64,000 nucleotides of DNA from an uncultured Gammaproteobacteria bacterium (GCA_964552565.1 CAZKGL010000001.1:371061-435060); one strand, 5' to 3'; shown: positions 1 through 12,015, counted from the first letter of the stretch. A program made the numbers and translations. The notes: generated by a model not told the origin, from the sequence alone.

Positions 1-340
1 CCCCGATCCCCCGACGAGTGATCCATGCAATGAAATCCTTCTTCAGCGCCTCCTGGTCGTACCCGAACACGACGGTATCCGGTTTCTGTTCGGCCGCGGC
101 GGTGTAGACGCCCTCCGCGTCGTCGCCGGCAACGACCTCGTCGACCAGCCCCGAGGCAAGGAGTGCTGCGCTGCGCTCCGCGAACGGATGTACCGGTGCC
201 CTGCCCTTCAGCCGTGCGATGGTCGCGTCGGTCGCAAGGACGACGGTGAGCGATTCGCCATACGACTTCGCCTGGGTAAGGAAGTGTTCGTGGCCGGGAT
301 GGAGGCCGTCAAACGCGCCGAAGACCATCACGCGGTTCAT
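1..340 (-). CDS. Cytidylyltransferase family protein (RibL-like FAD synthase), 3'-truncated by window edge
   Basis: Manual translation [21 protein letters not shown]...VVFGYDQ; HxGH motif; ATG overlaps the lysS stop (ATGA). Confidence 0.8.
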   Translation of the reverse strand, partial: MNRVMVFGAFDGLHPGHEHFLTQAKSYGESLTVVLATDATIARLKGRAPVHPFAERSAALLASGLVDEVVAGDDAEGVYTAAAEQKPDTVVFGYDQEALKKDFIAWITRRGIG

Positions 341-1824
341 ACGTCGTCGGCCTTCGCCTCCGGACGCAGCGTCGGGAACAGGATGACTTCCTTCAGGTTC
401 GGCGAGTTCGTCAGGAACGCGACCAGGCGGTCGATGCCGATGCCGACGCCGCTCGCTGGCGGCATACCGTGTTCGAGGGCGTTGACGAACGCCTCGTCCA
501 TCCATTGCGCCTCTTCACTTCCCTTTTCACGCAGGTCCTGCTGCGCCGCGAAGCGCGCACGTTGGTCGACCGGATCGTTCAGTTCGTGGTAGTAGGCGTT
601 GATGATCTCCGCGCCTTGTACCACCAATTGTACCGACGCGCTTTTTGTCGGGTCGTCCGGGTGCGCTTTCGTGAGCGGTTTCAGTTCGATCGGATAGTCG
701 AACACCCACGTCGGCTGGAGCATGGTCGGGCGTGCGGTTTTCTTCCAGAGTTCGTCGAGATGTTCGCCGAGGCCCGTGCAGGTGCTGAAATCCACCGCGA
801 GTTTCGCTTTTTTTGCTGCAGCAACAACGTCCTTCGGCGACGAGAGTGTGTTGATGTCGATGCCGCAGTTGTCATTGATGGCATCGCGGAAGGTCGTGCG
901 CGGCCACGGCGCGGTGAAGTCGATTTCGCCGTCACCGTACGGGACGCGGGTCTTCCCAAACGCCGCGGTGATGGCGTGGACGACAAGGCGTTCGAGGAAG
1001 TCGACGTATGCATCTTTCTTCGCGTACGCCCAGTACATCTCGAGCATCGTGAACTCGGGGTTGTGCGAATAGTCGATGCCCTCGTTTCGGAAGCAGCGCC
1101 CGATCTCGTAGACCTTTTCGAAGCCGCCGACGAGTAGCCGCTTCAGGTACAGCTCAGGCGCGATTCGCAAATAGAACTCGCTGTCGAGTGCATTGTGATG
1201 CGTCACGAACGGCCGCGCACTTGCACCGCCGGGGATCGGCTGGAGGATGGGCGTTTCGACTTCGAGGAAGCCGTGCTGGTCGAGGAAGCTGCGGATCGCG
1301 GACACGAGTTTCGAGCGCACGACGAATCGCTCCCGGACTTCTGGGTTCGCAATCAAATCGAGTTCGCGATGGCGGTAGCGGGTTTCGACATCTTGGAGGC
1401 CGTGCCACTTGTCCGGAAGCGGTGCAAGGGCTTTGGCGAGGATGGTCCACGCCGAGGCCATGACTGACCGCTCGCCTTTCTTTGTGACGAACATCGTGCC
1501 GGTGAAGCCGAAGAAATCGCCGACGTCGGCGTGGTCGAGGAATGTCGCGTACGTCTCCGCGCCGACCTCGTCCTCCTTGAGGATGGCCTGCATGCTGCCC
1601 GTGCCGTCTTCGAGCCGGATGAACGTCAGCCCGCCCATTTGGCGGATGGCGCGGACCCTGCCGACGACCGTCACCGAAGCGCCTGTGGTGTGCAGCTCCT
1701 CAAAGGCGGCGAGCACTGCGCCGATCTCGTGGGTACGCTCCACGGTCGCGGGATACGGGGCGATCCCCTTTGCCTCAAGGCTGGCCAACCGATCGCGGCG
1801 CATCTGTTTTTCGTCACCGGACAT
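337..1824 (-). CDS. lysS: Lysine--tRNA ligase (class II)
   Basis: [34 protein letters not shown] motifs. Confidence 0.98.
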   Translation of the reverse strand: MSGDEKQMRRDRLASLEAKGIAPYPATVERTHEIGAVLAAFEELHTTGASVTVVGRVRAIRQMGGLTFIRLEDGTGSMQAILKEDEVGAETYATFLDHADVGDFFGFTGTMFVTKKGERSVMASAWTILAKALAPLPDKWHGLQDVETRYRHRELDLIANPEVRERFVVRSKLVSAIRSFLDQHGFLEVETPILQPIPGGASARPFVTHHNALDSEFYLRIAPELYLKRLLVGGFEKVYEIGRCFRNEGIDYSHNPEFTMLEMYWAYAKKDAYVDFLERLVVHAITAAFGKTRVPYGDGEIDFTAPWPRTTFRDAINDNCGIDINTLSSPKDVVAAAKKAKLAVDFSTCTGLGEHLDELWKKTARPTMLQPTWVFDYPIELKPLTKAHPDDPTKSASVQLVVQGAEIINAYYHELNDPVDQRARFAAQQDLREKGSEEAQWMDEAFVNALEHGMPPASGVGIGIDRLVAFLTNSPNLKEVILFPTLRPEAKADDV

Positions 1825-1887
1825 AGGCAAAACAAAAGAGACCTGTCCCCGAAATTCTATCGGTTCCAGGCCCCTCTGTAAAGTCGC

Positions 1888-2352
1888 TTAGGCAATGGCG
1901 ACGACCTCGTAGGTCATGGTCCCGGAAGGGACCGTCACCTCGACCTTGTCCCCTACCCCTTTGCCGACGAACGCGGCGCCAAGCGGTGAGACGTTGCTGA
2001 TCTTCCCCTCCATCGGATTGGCCTCGTTTTCGCCGACGAGCTCAAAGTTGCGTTCCGTCGCGCCGGTTTTCACCGTGAATTTCGACCCGAGGCCGATAGT
2101 GCCGCCGGCCTTGCTTTCCACGATCTGCGCGGTGGCGATCATGTGCTGCAAGGTGACGATGCGCATTTCGTTTTGCCCCTGCTGCTCCTTGGCATCATGG
2201 TATTCAAAGTTTTCGGAGATGTCGCCAAGTTCCTTGGCATCACCGATTTTTTGCGCGATGAGCGGGCGGAGAACCTTCATACGATGCGCAAGTTCGTCCT
2301 TGAGCATCTGCAGGCCTTCCGCGGAAATGTGGGTAACGCTTTTATGGTCCAT
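1888..2352 (-). CDS. greA: Transcription elongation factor GreA
   Basis: GDISENFEY and ISNVSPLG motifs; greA-lysS synteny. Confidence 0.93.
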   Translation of the reverse strand: MDHKSVTHISAEGLQMLKDELAHRMKVLRPLIAQKIGDAKELGDISENFEYHDAKEQQGQNEMRIVTLQHMIATAQIVESKAGGTIGLGSKFTVKTGATERNFELVGENEANPMEGKISNVSPLGAAFVGKGVGDKVEVTVPSGTMTYEVVAIA

Positions 2353-2430
2353 ACGAACGAAATCCGCCCCGCAACGCGGGACGGCTAATTTGTAAAGCAA
2401 CTATAAACAGCCTGAGCAGAAGCTGTCAAG

Positions 2431-4341
2431 CTAGCGCGAAAAGTACCACGTCAAAATGTCCTTTGCGACCGGGATGGCGAGAGAGGATTTGCCGCCGCCC
2501 TCTGCGATGACGGTCAACGTGATTGCCGACGCGTCGTCCGGCGCGAAGCCGGCAAACCACGCGGGCGGGGGCGCGGTGCGAGACCACTGCGCCGTCCCCG
2601 TCTTGCCGCACACCTCGGTCGGCACCGCCTGCAGCGAGGTCGCGGAGCCCTGCGTCACCGTGCGGCGCATCGCGTCCTTGATGACCTGTGCGACCTCGTC
2701 GGTGACGACCTGTTTCGTCGCTGCCTCCTGCCCGAGGACGAGGTGCGGCGTCGTCAGGACGCCGTTGTTCGCAAACACCGAGGTCGCACGCGCGATCTGC
2801 ACCGGCGTTACGAGGAAGTCACCCTGCCCGATGGAGACGTTGTACGTGTTGCCGATGTACCACGGCTCGCCCGTTTCCGATTCCTTCCACTCCGGCGTCG
2901 GCAAGAAGCCGTCCGCTTCGCCCGGAATGTCGAGACCGCTTTGCGACCCGAACCCGAATGTTGCCGCCCACCCCATGAGCCGGTCGATGCCCATGCCCTG
3001 GAAGGTGTCGAATCCGCCGCCGATGATGTAGAAAAACGTGTTCACGGAGTCGGCGATGGCGTGGTAGACGTTCGTGACGCCATGTCCGCCGGCGCGCCAG
3101 TCCGGGAAGAACCGGTCGCCGATCTGCAGGCCGCCGCTCGAAAGGAACGACGTCGACGCGGTAATGATGCCGTCCGTCAGCGCCGCCGCGGCAAAGACCG
3201 GTTTGATGGTGGATCCGGACGGGTACTCGCCGGCCGACGCGCGCGGGAACAACGGATCGTTCTCATCCTCGAGGAGCGCGCGGTACGCCGCTTCGTCGAT
3301 GCCGCGCGCAAACAAGTTTGCGTCGTACGCCGGCCAGGAGACGAGCGCGAGTACTTCGCCGTTGCGGGGATCCATGGCGACGACCGCCGCGCGCTCGGAC
3401 CCCGTCCCCTTCAGGCGTTGCGCGAGCACGTACTCGATCTGCGCCTGGAGCGTCGCGTCGATGGACAGCGTCAACCGTTCGCCGTTCACCGGGTCCACTT
3501 TGGCGATGGTGCGGAGATACTCGCCGACCGCATCGACCTCGATGGTTTCTTTCCCGTACGCGCCGCGCAACGTCGCTTCGTGCGAGGCCTCGACGCCTTG
3601 CTTGCCGATGCGGTCGTACGACACATACCCGTCGTCGCGCCGCGCCGCATACTCCTCGGCGCTGATGATGCCGGTATACCCGAGTACGTGCGAGAGCGAC
3701 GGGAGGTCGTCGGTAATATACGCGCGCTGTTCGCCAAGGACGATGTCGATCCCCTGTACCTCGTCGTCATGCACGGCGAACTCGAGCGCGGCCTCGTATG
3801 GCACGTCGAGCATGAGGACGGCTTCCGCCGCGTTACCCGCCGCGTTGTAGGCGTCGGTGAACTGCGTCGGGTCGGCGCCGATCTGCACTGCCACGTCGGA
3901 AAACAGCGTCTCGCGGGCGACCAGGTCGTCCGGCAGTTCGTCCATGCGGCCGACGAGCGTGAAGGATGGCGTGTTATTTGCGAGCACGACCCCGTTGCGG
4001 TCCGTAATAATTCCGCGTTCTGCCGGCAGGATGTGCGTCCGGACGCGGTTCGCCTCGGCAAGGGCGCGGTAGGTCGCTCCCTGCGCGACCTGGAGGTACC
4101 CGGCGCGCAGCACGAAGACGCCGAGCAGCGCGAGCGCGATGATCGTGCCGGCCCGGAACCTGCTGCCGGCGACGATGTTCCCCACGAACGCGCCGGCCGG
4201 CTGGAGCGCCACGGACGGACGCCGGCTGACCGCTTCGTTGAGCGCGGTGTCCTGTACGCCGGCTTCAACCGGGCCCAGCTCGTCGAGCGGGAGGAGGCCG
4301 AACGGCGACGGCGTGCGCGGGCGCTGACGAAACATTCCCAT
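2431..4341 (-). CDS. mrdA: Penicillin-binding protein 2
   Basis: N-terminal TM; STIK (SxxK), SVN (SxN), KTG motifs; follows mreBCD. Confidence 0.93.
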   Translation of the reverse strand: MGMFRQRPRTPSPFGLLPLDELGPVEAGVQDTALNEAVSRRPSVALQPAGAFVGNIVAGSRFRAGTIIALALLGVFVLRAGYLQVAQGATYRALAEANRVRTHILPAERGIITDRNGVVLANNTPSFTLVGRMDELPDDLVARETLFSDVAVQIGADPTQFTDAYNAAGNAAEAVLMLDVPYEAALEFAVHDDEVQGIDIVLGEQRAYITDDLPSLSHVLGYTGIISAEEYAARRDDGYVSYDRIGKQGVEASHEATLRGAYGKETIEVDAVGEYLRTIAKVDPVNGERLTLSIDATLQAQIEYVLAQRLKGTGSERAAVVAMDPRNGEVLALVSWPAYDANLFARGIDEAAYRALLEDENDPLFPRASAGEYPSGSTIKPVFAAAALTDGIITASTSFLSSGGLQIGDRFFPDWRAGGHGVTNVYHAIADSVNTFFYIIGGGFDTFQGMGIDRLMGWAATFGFGSQSGLDIPGEADGFLPTPEWKESETGEPWYIGNTYNVSIGQGDFLVTPVQIARATSVFANNGVLTTPHLVLGQEAATKQVVTDEVAQVIKDAMRRTVTQGSATSLQAVPTEVCGKTGTAQWSRTAPPPAWFAGFAPDDASAITLTVIAEGGGKSSLAIPVAKDILTWYFSR

Positions 4342-4347
4342 ATCGGG

Positions 4348-4857
4348 TTATCGTACCACGAAGGTGCGCTGGACCCAGCTGCGGAAGGTCACGATGGTGA
4401 CGAACCCGACGTACAGCCCCGCGAGGAGCAGGATGAACGTCCACGCGCCCTCGTGCAATAGGCGCCCGAACGTCGGCCCGGCGCCTTGGATGGCGGTGCG
4501 GAGCAGGGAAAGCGCGAGAAACAGGCTCACGGCGGAAAGGCCGCTTACCAGTCCAAGGCCGAGAAGCGCGTACACGGAGCGCGTCGCGAACACACGCTCC
4601 ACGAGGAGCGCGGCGAGGAACGCCGTGGCGATGACGGGGATGCACCATCCCGGCGTGATGCCGCGCACCTCGAGGACCAGCGCGCCGATGACGAGCCACG
4701 CGACGCCGGGGCCCACGCCGACGCGGTGCATGACGAGAAGTCCGGTGACCAGCATGAGGGGAAAGACCGCGAGCGGGTACGGCAGGGACGGCACACCCGC
4801 GAACGCGACGACCGCAGTGACGAGGAACAGCGCGGTGAGGAGTGCGGCTTCGCGCAT
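4348..4857 (-). CDS. Multi-pass membrane protein, MreD-like by position
   Basis: About 5 hydrophobic segments; lies between mreC and mrdA. Confidence 0.65.
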   Translation of the reverse strand: MREAALLTALFLVTAVVAFAGVPSLPYPLAVFPLMLVTGLLVMHRVGVGPGVAWLVIGALVLEVRGITPGWCIPVIATAFLAALLVERVFATRSVYALLGLGLVSGLSAVSLFLALSLLRTAIQGAGPTFGRLLHEGAWTFILLLAGLYVGFVTIVTFRSWVQRTFVVR

Positions 4858-4859
4858 AC

Positions 4860-5666
4860 TTACTCGGCGATGTCGACGACGAGCACGTTCGTCCACGTCC
4901 GCGCGTCGTACAGCGGTTCAATGAGCGCCTCGAGGAACGGCGCGGTGTCTTCGCTGATGACGCTCGTCACGAGGCCGACGACGATGCCCTGCGGCAGTTC
5001 GGCCGCAAGGCCCGACGTCACGACAATATCGCCTTCCGCGATGGCGGCGTCTTCCGGGATGTAGCGCATCCGGAGCACGCTGCCCTCCTGCCCTTCCACG
5101 AGGCCGATGGTGCGCGTCTTGCCGAGAATCGTCGCGGGAATGCTGCTGTCGCGGCTGTGGACGAGGCGAACGCGCGCCGACCCGTAGAACACGTCGCTGA
5201 CGACGCCAAACAGGTGGCCGTCCGCGACCACCACGGCCATCCCGGTCGCAATGCCGTCCGCACTGCCTTTGTCGATCGTCACCATCGCCGCGTCAGGGAG
5301 CGACCGCGCGGTGATGCGCGCCGCCGTGCCCGTCGTTCCGGATTCGCGCATGTACCCGATGATCGCCTCGAGCTCAGCCACGCTCTTCGCGTCCTCAAAC
5401 AGCGCCGCCTCGCGCACCGTCGCGTCCCCGAGCCGTTCCTCGCATGCGGCGAGGGCGGTGCTGACGGATTCTTCCGAGCTGAACATGCGACCGATGACGT
5501 TGCCGACGCCGGTGCCCGCGACGACCATGCCGTGCTCCACGTAGCCGAGCAGGACGCCGACCGGCGGGATGGAGCGCAACAGCAAGTACGCCGCGACCAT
5601 GGCGGCGAAGATGATGGCGGTCCGGATGCCCCGCGGCGTTCGAGGAGTCCCCACGATGCGTCGCAT
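4860..5666 (-). CDS. mreC: Rod shape-determining protein MreC
   Basis: TIDKGSADG, GDIVVTSG, PQGIVVG motifs. Confidence 0.92.
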   Translation of the reverse strand: MRRIVGTPRTPRGIRTAIIFAAMVAAYLLLRSIPPVGVLLGYVEHGMVVAGTGVGNVIGRMFSSEESVSTALAACEERLGDATVREAALFEDAKSVAELEAIIGYMRESGTTGTAARITARSLPDAAMVTIDKGSADGIATGMAVVVADGHLFGVVSDVFYGSARVRLVHSRDSSIPATILGKTRTIGLVEGQEGSVLRMRYIPEDAAIAEGDIVVTSGLAAELPQGIVVGLVTSVISEDTAPFLEALIEPLYDARTWTNVLVVDIAE

Positions 5667-5669
5667 AGG

Positions 5670-6722
<1,053 letters not shown>

Positions 6723-6793
6723 ACGGGGATCCGGAGCTTCATACTACCCGATTCCCCCTTGGTTTCGCCACCCAAGTTACCCACTTGTTGCCC

Positions 6794-7174
6794 TCACGCG
6801 TTTTTCTTGCCGGCAAGGAAGAAAAATTCCACTAACGTTACCAAAAGAACGAGCAGGACGACGGTCCAAATGGTGAGCATGTCGCGCGACGAGAGATAGA
6901 GCGACGCGAGGAACAGCACGGCGAAGAACACGCCCTGCCGCAGCGACCGGGCTACCGCGACGCCGACGTCGCCGGTCTTGTCCCTGCTGACGCGCGCCAA
7001 CGTCCCGACGATCGAGAAGAGCCCGACCGCCCCCGCCCCGAGCGTCACGTACAGCGCAAGGAACGCCAGGGCGCCGGCGGTTGCGGGGTCGATGGCAAAG
7101 AGCACGATGCCCGCAGCCGAGAGCGCAGCGACCGTGCCGACGCTGAGCGCGATGAGATAGTCGCGGAGGTTCAT
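6794..7174 (-). CDS. Hypothetical 4-TM membrane protein
   Basis: Hydrophobic ORF overlapping its upstream neighbour by 4 nt. Confidence 0.75.
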   Translation of the reverse strand: MNLRDYLIALSVGTVAALSAAGIVLFAIDPATAGALAFLALYVTLGAGAVGLFSIVGTLARVSRDKTGDVGVAVARSLRQGVFFAVLFLASLYLSSRDMLTIWTVVLLVLLVTLVEFFFLAGKKNA

Positions 7175-7503
7175 AGGTCGTTATGAGTATACCATTCTTC
7201 GCCGCTGACGCGCGTGATGATGCGGCTGAAGGTCTTGTCCGGGAAGGTGCGCTCCAGCTCGCCGCGCAAGGCGGGCAGAAGCGGTTGGACGTCGTACGAC
7301 GCCGCGGCGTGGCGGCAGCTGACAACAAGCTCGTCGTTTTTGTACACGACGACACGCGCATCGTCAGCGAGCGGCGTCCCCGCCACGAGCGAGGAGAGGA
7401 TGTGGTTTGCGCGCTGGACGACCATCGTCGCCGTCACCTGCTTCTGGATGCCATGGCGGTTCAGCGCGGAGTTCAGGAGGTTTCCAAGGCCGTGCATACT
7501 CAT
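7171..7503 (-). CDS. DUF721/DciA-like helicase loader protein
   Basis: About 110 aa with the DciA-like pattern ARVVVYKNDELVVSC..AAASY. Confidence 0.6.
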   Translation of the reverse strand: MSMHGLGNLLNSALNRHGIQKQVTATMVVQRANHILSSLVAGTPLADDARVVVYKNDELVVSCRHAAASYDVQPLLPALRGELERTFPDKTFSRIITRVSGEEWYTHNDL

Positions 7504-8318
7504 TCGTGCGTGATAAACGACGCCACTTCAGCCGGGTGCAGGCTCAACAGTTCGCGGATGCTCATCTGTTGCGCCAGCTGCGCGGCGAGTCGCATGCCGT
7601 AAAAGTACCCCGCACGGTTGTGGACGTGCGGTGCGTCGTCATTTGCCGTCAACAGTGTCGCGTCTGCCGTGGCGGCCCAGGTTCCGCGCAACCGCTGCCA
7701 CGCTTCGTGCTCCGACGCGGCAAGCGACGTCATCCAGTCATGCACCCACGCTGCCGGACGATAATCCGCCCATAACGCGTCGCCTTCGGAAATGCCGAGC
7801 GCGCGCATCGTCACGAACGACGCAAGGCCTTCCGTGAACACCGCACGGCCGGTGCGGAAGTACGCATCCCGTGTTGACGGATACCACTCCGGAGACGTCC
7901 GATAATGGATGGCGTGCGCGAGTTCGTGGGTCATGAACACCTCGACCTGTTTTCGGGTCGTATAGGCTTCAAGCGCGATCCACGCGTAGCCGGCGCCGTC
8001 GAGCATGACCGCGTGTCCGCTCGCCGTGCCGTTCCCAAGCAGGGCGACGCAATCCGGGACGCGGTCGACGGCGCACGTCGCCATGAGCCGTTGCTTGATG
8101 TCCGGAAACGCCGCGTCCGCGGCACGGAGCATCGCCTGCACTGCGGCCGCATCGTACGTCTCGCCGGTCACGAACGGGACGACGTCTTCCCCGTGGTTCC
8201 AGATGACCGCGAGTTGGTTCAAGGCATGTCCCGCGTCTTGGCGGTAGGCAACCGCATCCGTCAGCCGCAGCGCGCCGCGTGTCGTCGTAAAGTGGTTCGT
8301 GATGGCGTCGAGCAGCAT
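7500..8318 (-). CDS. Putative Zn-dependent protease (DUF2268-like)
   Basis: HELAH...EGLA zincin motif, RAGYFYG. Confidence 0.75.
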   Translation of the reverse strand: MLLDAITNHFTTTRGALRLTDAVAYRQDAGHALNQLAVIWNHGEDVVPFVTGETYDAAAVQAMLRAADAAFPDIKQRLMATCAVDRVPDCVALLGNGTASGHAVMLDGAGYAWIALEAYTTRKQVEVFMTHELAHAIHYRTSPEWYPSTRDAYFRTGRAVFTEGLASFVTMRALGISEGDALWADYRPAAWVHDWMTSLAASEHEAWQRLRGTWAATADATLLTANDDAPHVHNRAGYFYGMRLAAQLAQQMSIRELLSLHPAEVASFITHE

Positions 8319-8319
8319 A

Positions 8320-11277
8320 TTAGACGGCTGAGTGTTCGCAAATCTCCTTGAAGTCGCAGTACTCGCAGGCGTGGTGCGACGGCGTCGGCGCGAAGTCGCT
8401 GTGCACGATGGCGTCCATAAACGTCCGAATGTCGTCCGTCAGCCGCTCCTTGTCGTCGTCGGCCACGTCAAAGCTCACCGTCGAGTTGTCGCCAAGGTAA
8501 TAATACGTCACTTTTTTCACCGGCGGGGCGTCCGGGAAACATTGTTCGACCGCCATTGCATAGAGTACGAGCTGCCGCTTTTCGTCCCACCCGATGTCCT
8601 TGCTCGTTTTCGGCTTGCCCGTCTTGTAGTCGACGATCTCCACGCCGTCGTCGCAGGCGTCGATGCGGTCGATGCGGCCCTTCACGCACACGCCCGCGAC
8701 TTTCAGCGTGAAGCCTTTTTCAAGATACAGCGGCTTTGGCTGCTCGGTGAGCGTCCTCGCGTGGAATGCGCGCAGCGATTCCCTTCCTTCCTTGCGGTAC
8801 TCCTCTTTTTGCTCCTCGCTCTCGTACCACTCGTCGATCCAGCACTCCTGGAACATCGTGAGGAGGTCGTTGACGCCCGGGACGGTTGGCGCGAGCGCGG
8901 GCGCGTCGAACAACGACGCTTGCGGCGCGGCCTCCTGCGGAAGCAGGTGCTCCATGAACCGCTGCAGCGCGTTGTGCATCGACTTTCCGAAGCTCATTTG
9001 GTACCGCCCGAACACCGGCACATGGAGCACATGCGCGAACTTGTACTGGAGCGGGCACTTCGCGAACGCGGTGATTTGCGTGAAGCTCAGTTTGTCCGGG
9101 ACGCCCACGTCGATGGGGCGCGTGTCCGGCGACGCGTCCTGCGTCTCGAACGCCGCTCGTTCCTTTTTCGTCACGATCTGCGACGGGTCGACGAAACCCA
9201 GCTCGACAAGGAACCGTGACGGCTTTTTGTATCGCGCCCCGCCGTAATCTTTGGCGGACATGAGGTACAGGCCGTCCTTGGCGCGGGTCATAGCGACGTA
9301 GAACAGGCGCCGTTCTTCGCGATGGTGCTCCTCGCTCGACCATTCCTCGTCGCGCATGAGGCCGGGCGGGAATGCCAACGCCGCGCCGCGGGACTGCGAC
9401 GGGAAGCGTTGTTCGACGAGGTTCACGACGAACACATACCGGAACTCCAAGCCCTTTGCCGCGTGGACGGTCATGATGCTGACGACGTCCGGCCCCTCCT
9501 CCGCGTCCTGTGGCAGCGAGCCCGCTTCGCCGGCCGCGCGTTCGTGCGCGAACTCTTCCAGGAATGCATGCAGCGACCGGTCCGGCGCGGTCTGCGCAAA
9601 GCGGCGCAGCCGCTCGAGGAACGACTGGAGATAGCCGTACTGCTCGCGCTGTTCGCGTTCCGGCCGCGTCGCGATCGCGCCGAGGATCCCGGTCTGCTTC
9701 ACGACCTCCACGAAAAGTTCGGTCACCGGAAGGCGTTTCGCCGTACGGCGGAGCGTCTCGAGCTCTTGGAGCAATTCCAGTGCGCGCCGCTTCCCTTCCA
9801 TACTGACGCGCGGCAACATGGTCGCGCTTTCGAGCGCCCGGTGGAGCGTCAGTCCGCGTTTTTTGCCGTGGAGCGTGAGCTCGACGACGTCGGCTTCGCT
9901 CATGCCGAGCGTCGGGTGGCTGAGCACGCGGTACATCGATGGGCCGTCATGCGGTTGGTCGATGACGCGGAGGTACGCCAGGGCGTCGAGGATGACCGGT
10001 TTCGTGTAGAGGCCCGAGAGCGCGACAAAGCGGTACGGGATCCCCGCGCGTTCGAGTTCGAGGATGAACGGTTCGGCCGCATCGTTGGCGCGCACAAGGA
10101 TGGCGACTTCGGCCCACGGGCACCCCTGTCCGTGGAGCGCAAGGATGGTTTCGGCGGTCTGGCGTACCTCGTCGGTAAGCGTCGCGGCGTGGACGTGATG
10201 GACGAATCCGTCGGTGCCGTTTGCCGCGACAAGGCGCTTGTCGAGCGCTTCGCTCGCCTCGAGCCGGTGCGGGTTGTTGTGCTGGATAAGGGCGTAGGAG
10301 CGGTCGAGGATCGCTTTGCCGCTGCGGTAGTTGTGCGTGAGGACGACGCGCGTCGCGTCCGGGAAATCCGTGCGGAAGTTGAGGATGTTTGCGAGCGCGG
10401 CGCCGCGGAAGCGGTAGATTGCCTGGTCGTCGTCGCCGACCACGGTGACGTTGCGGCGGGTGCCGGCAAGGAGTTTGACAAGCTCGTACTGTGCGCGGTT
10501 CGTGTCCTGGAACTCGTCGACGACGATGAACCGGAACTGCTCTTGGAATTTTTTGAGGACGTTCGGACGCGTGCGGAAGAGTTCGAGCGTGTACGCGATG
10601 AGGTCGCCGAAGTCGAGCGCGCCGTTTTCCGTGAGCAGCTGCTGGTACGTCCGGTACGCGTCGGCGAGTTCGCGCCACTTTTTGCGTTCGAGCGCTTTTT
10701 CGTCATCCGTGAGGGCTGCGAGTACGTTCGGGTCGCCGCCGCTCGCGTCCTCGTCAAGCTCCGCGGCGCGTGCAAGGTACATCTCCGGCGTGACGCATTC
10801 GTCTTTTGCGCGCGAGAAGTGCTGCAGCATCGCCTCGATGAACTTCGTCGGCGTACCGCGAGGTGTGTAGTAGTCGAGATTGAAGCGGTCGAGGTTGCGG
10901 CGCACGAGGAGCCACGCGTCGACGTCGGTCACGAGCGTGAAGGTATTCGGCAGCCCGATGTCGAGGCCGTGTGCGCGGAGTACGCGCTCGCAGAAGCCGT
11001 GGAACGTCGAGATCCACAACTCCAAATAGCCGATCGGCAACAACCGGTCGACGCGTTCCTCCATTTCGTTCGCCGCCTTGTCGGTAAACGTCAGCGCAAG
11101 GATCTCGTCCTGCTTCGCCTTCCCGGTTTCGATGAGCCAGGCGATGCGGTGCGTGATGGCCTTGGTCTTGCCGGTGCCTGCCCCTGCGACGATCATGAGC
11201 GGCCCCTCGCCGTGGGTGACGGCGGCGCGTTGCGCGTCATTGAGGCCCTCGAGGAGGCGGTCGGGCTGCTCCGGCAT
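8320..11277 (-). CDS. UvrD/PcrA-type SF1 helicase fused to C-terminal PD-(D/E)xK nuclease
   Basis: AGAGTGKT, VDEFQD, GDDDQAIYRFRGA, EERRLFYVAMTRA; GRIDRID..IVDYKTG; Cys pattern KCP...CEYCDFKEIC. Confidence 0.93.
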   Translation of the reverse strand: MPEQPDRLLEGLNDAQRAAVTHGEGPLMIVAGAGTGKTKAITHRIAWLIETGKAKQDEILALTFTDKAANEMEERVDRLLPIGYLELWISTFHGFCERVLRAHGLDIGLPNTFTLVTDVDAWLLVRRNLDRFNLDYYTPRGTPTKFIEAMLQHFSRAKDECVTPEMYLARAAELDEDASGGDPNVLAALTDDEKALERKKWRELADAYRTYQQLLTENGALDFGDLIAYTLELFRTRPNVLKKFQEQFRFIVVDEFQDTNRAQYELVKLLAGTRRNVTVVGDDDQAIYRFRGAALANILNFRTDFPDATRVVLTHNYRSGKAILDRSYALIQHNNPHRLEASEALDKRLVAANGTDGFVHHVHAATLTDEVRQTAETILALHGQGCPWAEVAILVRANDAAEPFILELERAGIPYRFVALSGLYTKPVILDALAYLRVIDQPHDGPSMYRVLSHPTLGMSEADVVELTLHGKKRGLTLHRALESATMLPRVSMEGKRRALELLQELETLRRTAKRLPVTELFVEVVKQTGILGAIATRPEREQREQYGYLQSFLERLRRFAQTAPDRSLHAFLEEFAHERAAGEAGSLPQDAEEGPDVVSIMTVHAAKGLEFRYVFVVNLVEQRFPSQSRGAALAFPPGLMRDEEWSSEEHHREERRLFYVAMTRAKDGLYLMSAKDYGGARYKKPSRFLVELGFVDPSQIVTKKERAAFETQDASPDTRPIDVGVPDKLSFTQITAFAKCPLQYKFAHVLHVPVFGRYQMSFGKSMHNALQRFMEHLLPQEAAPQASLFDAPALAPTVPGVNDLLTMFQECWIDEWYESEEQKEEYRKEGRESLRAFHARTLTEQPKPLYLEKGFTLKVAGVCVKGRIDRIDACDDGVEIVDYKTGKPKTSKDIGWDEKRQLVLYAMAVEQCFPDAPPVKKVTYYYLGDNSTVSFDVADDDKERLTDDIRTFMDAIVHSDFAPTPSHHACEYCDFKEICEHSAV

Positions 11278-11329
11278 ATCGGCCCTATTCTACCCCGCAA
11301 CGGCGTGTCAGCCAACCCGCAAAATTTCG

Positions 11330-11950
11330 CTAGCGAGAACGCCGCGGCTTGCTCTCCTTCTCTTGTCCCCACCGTACGATGAGCGCGTGGTACTCGTTGT
11401 AGACATCGTAGTCCTTGGGCAAACGCGCTTCGAAGTAGTCCTTGTAGCCTTGGTAGTTTGCAAAGCTGACGCCGTGGCGTTCGCAGAGGCGCTTGGTGTA
11501 CACGTCGACGACGAATTCCAGACGCTTGCCCGCGTAGCACAACATCGAGTCCGCGGTTTCCGGACCGACGCCCCACAGGGCGAGGAGCTCGTCGCGAGGA
11601 ATCGTCGTGATCATTGTTTTTGCGTCGCCGTGGTAATGATCGATGACGTGCTCCGCGAGGATCTTGAGCTTCTTCGCTTTCTGGTTGAAATAGCGCGCGG
11701 GGACGATGCGTGTTTTGAGTTTTTCGATGGTGACCTTCGCGATGGATTGCGGGTCGAGGCAATCGACGGCATGGAGGTTTTCAATCGCCATGGCGACGTT
11801 CTTCCATGACGTGTTCTGCGTGAGGATGCCGCCGAGCATGATTTCAAACACCGGGTCGAACCCCGGGCGCTTCTTTCCCTTATGGACCGGCCACCATTGC
11901 TGCGGGCCGTATCGTGTGCGGAGATCGCGGTAGACCTTCATGACCTGCAT
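11330..11950 (-). CDS. HhH-GPD (endonuclease III-related) DNA glycosylase
   Basis: ILTQNTSWKN, LWGVGPETADS, VVDVYTKR, EYHALIV. Confidence 0.9.
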   Translation of the reverse strand: MQVMKVYRDLRTRYGPQQWWPVHKGKKRPGFDPVFEIMLGGILTQNTSWKNVAMAIENLHAVDCLDPQSIAKVTIEKLKTRIVPARYFNQKAKKLKILAEHVIDHYHGDAKTMITTIPRDELLALWGVGPETADSMLCYAGKRLEFVVDVYTKRLCERHGVSFANYQGYKDYFEARLPKDYDVYNEYHALIVRWGQEKESKPRRSR

Positions 11951-12015
11951 ACGTCGGTATCCTAGCACATTGACGCGAAGCGTCCTCTGGCGCAGACTGG
12001 TGCCGGAGGTGCCCC

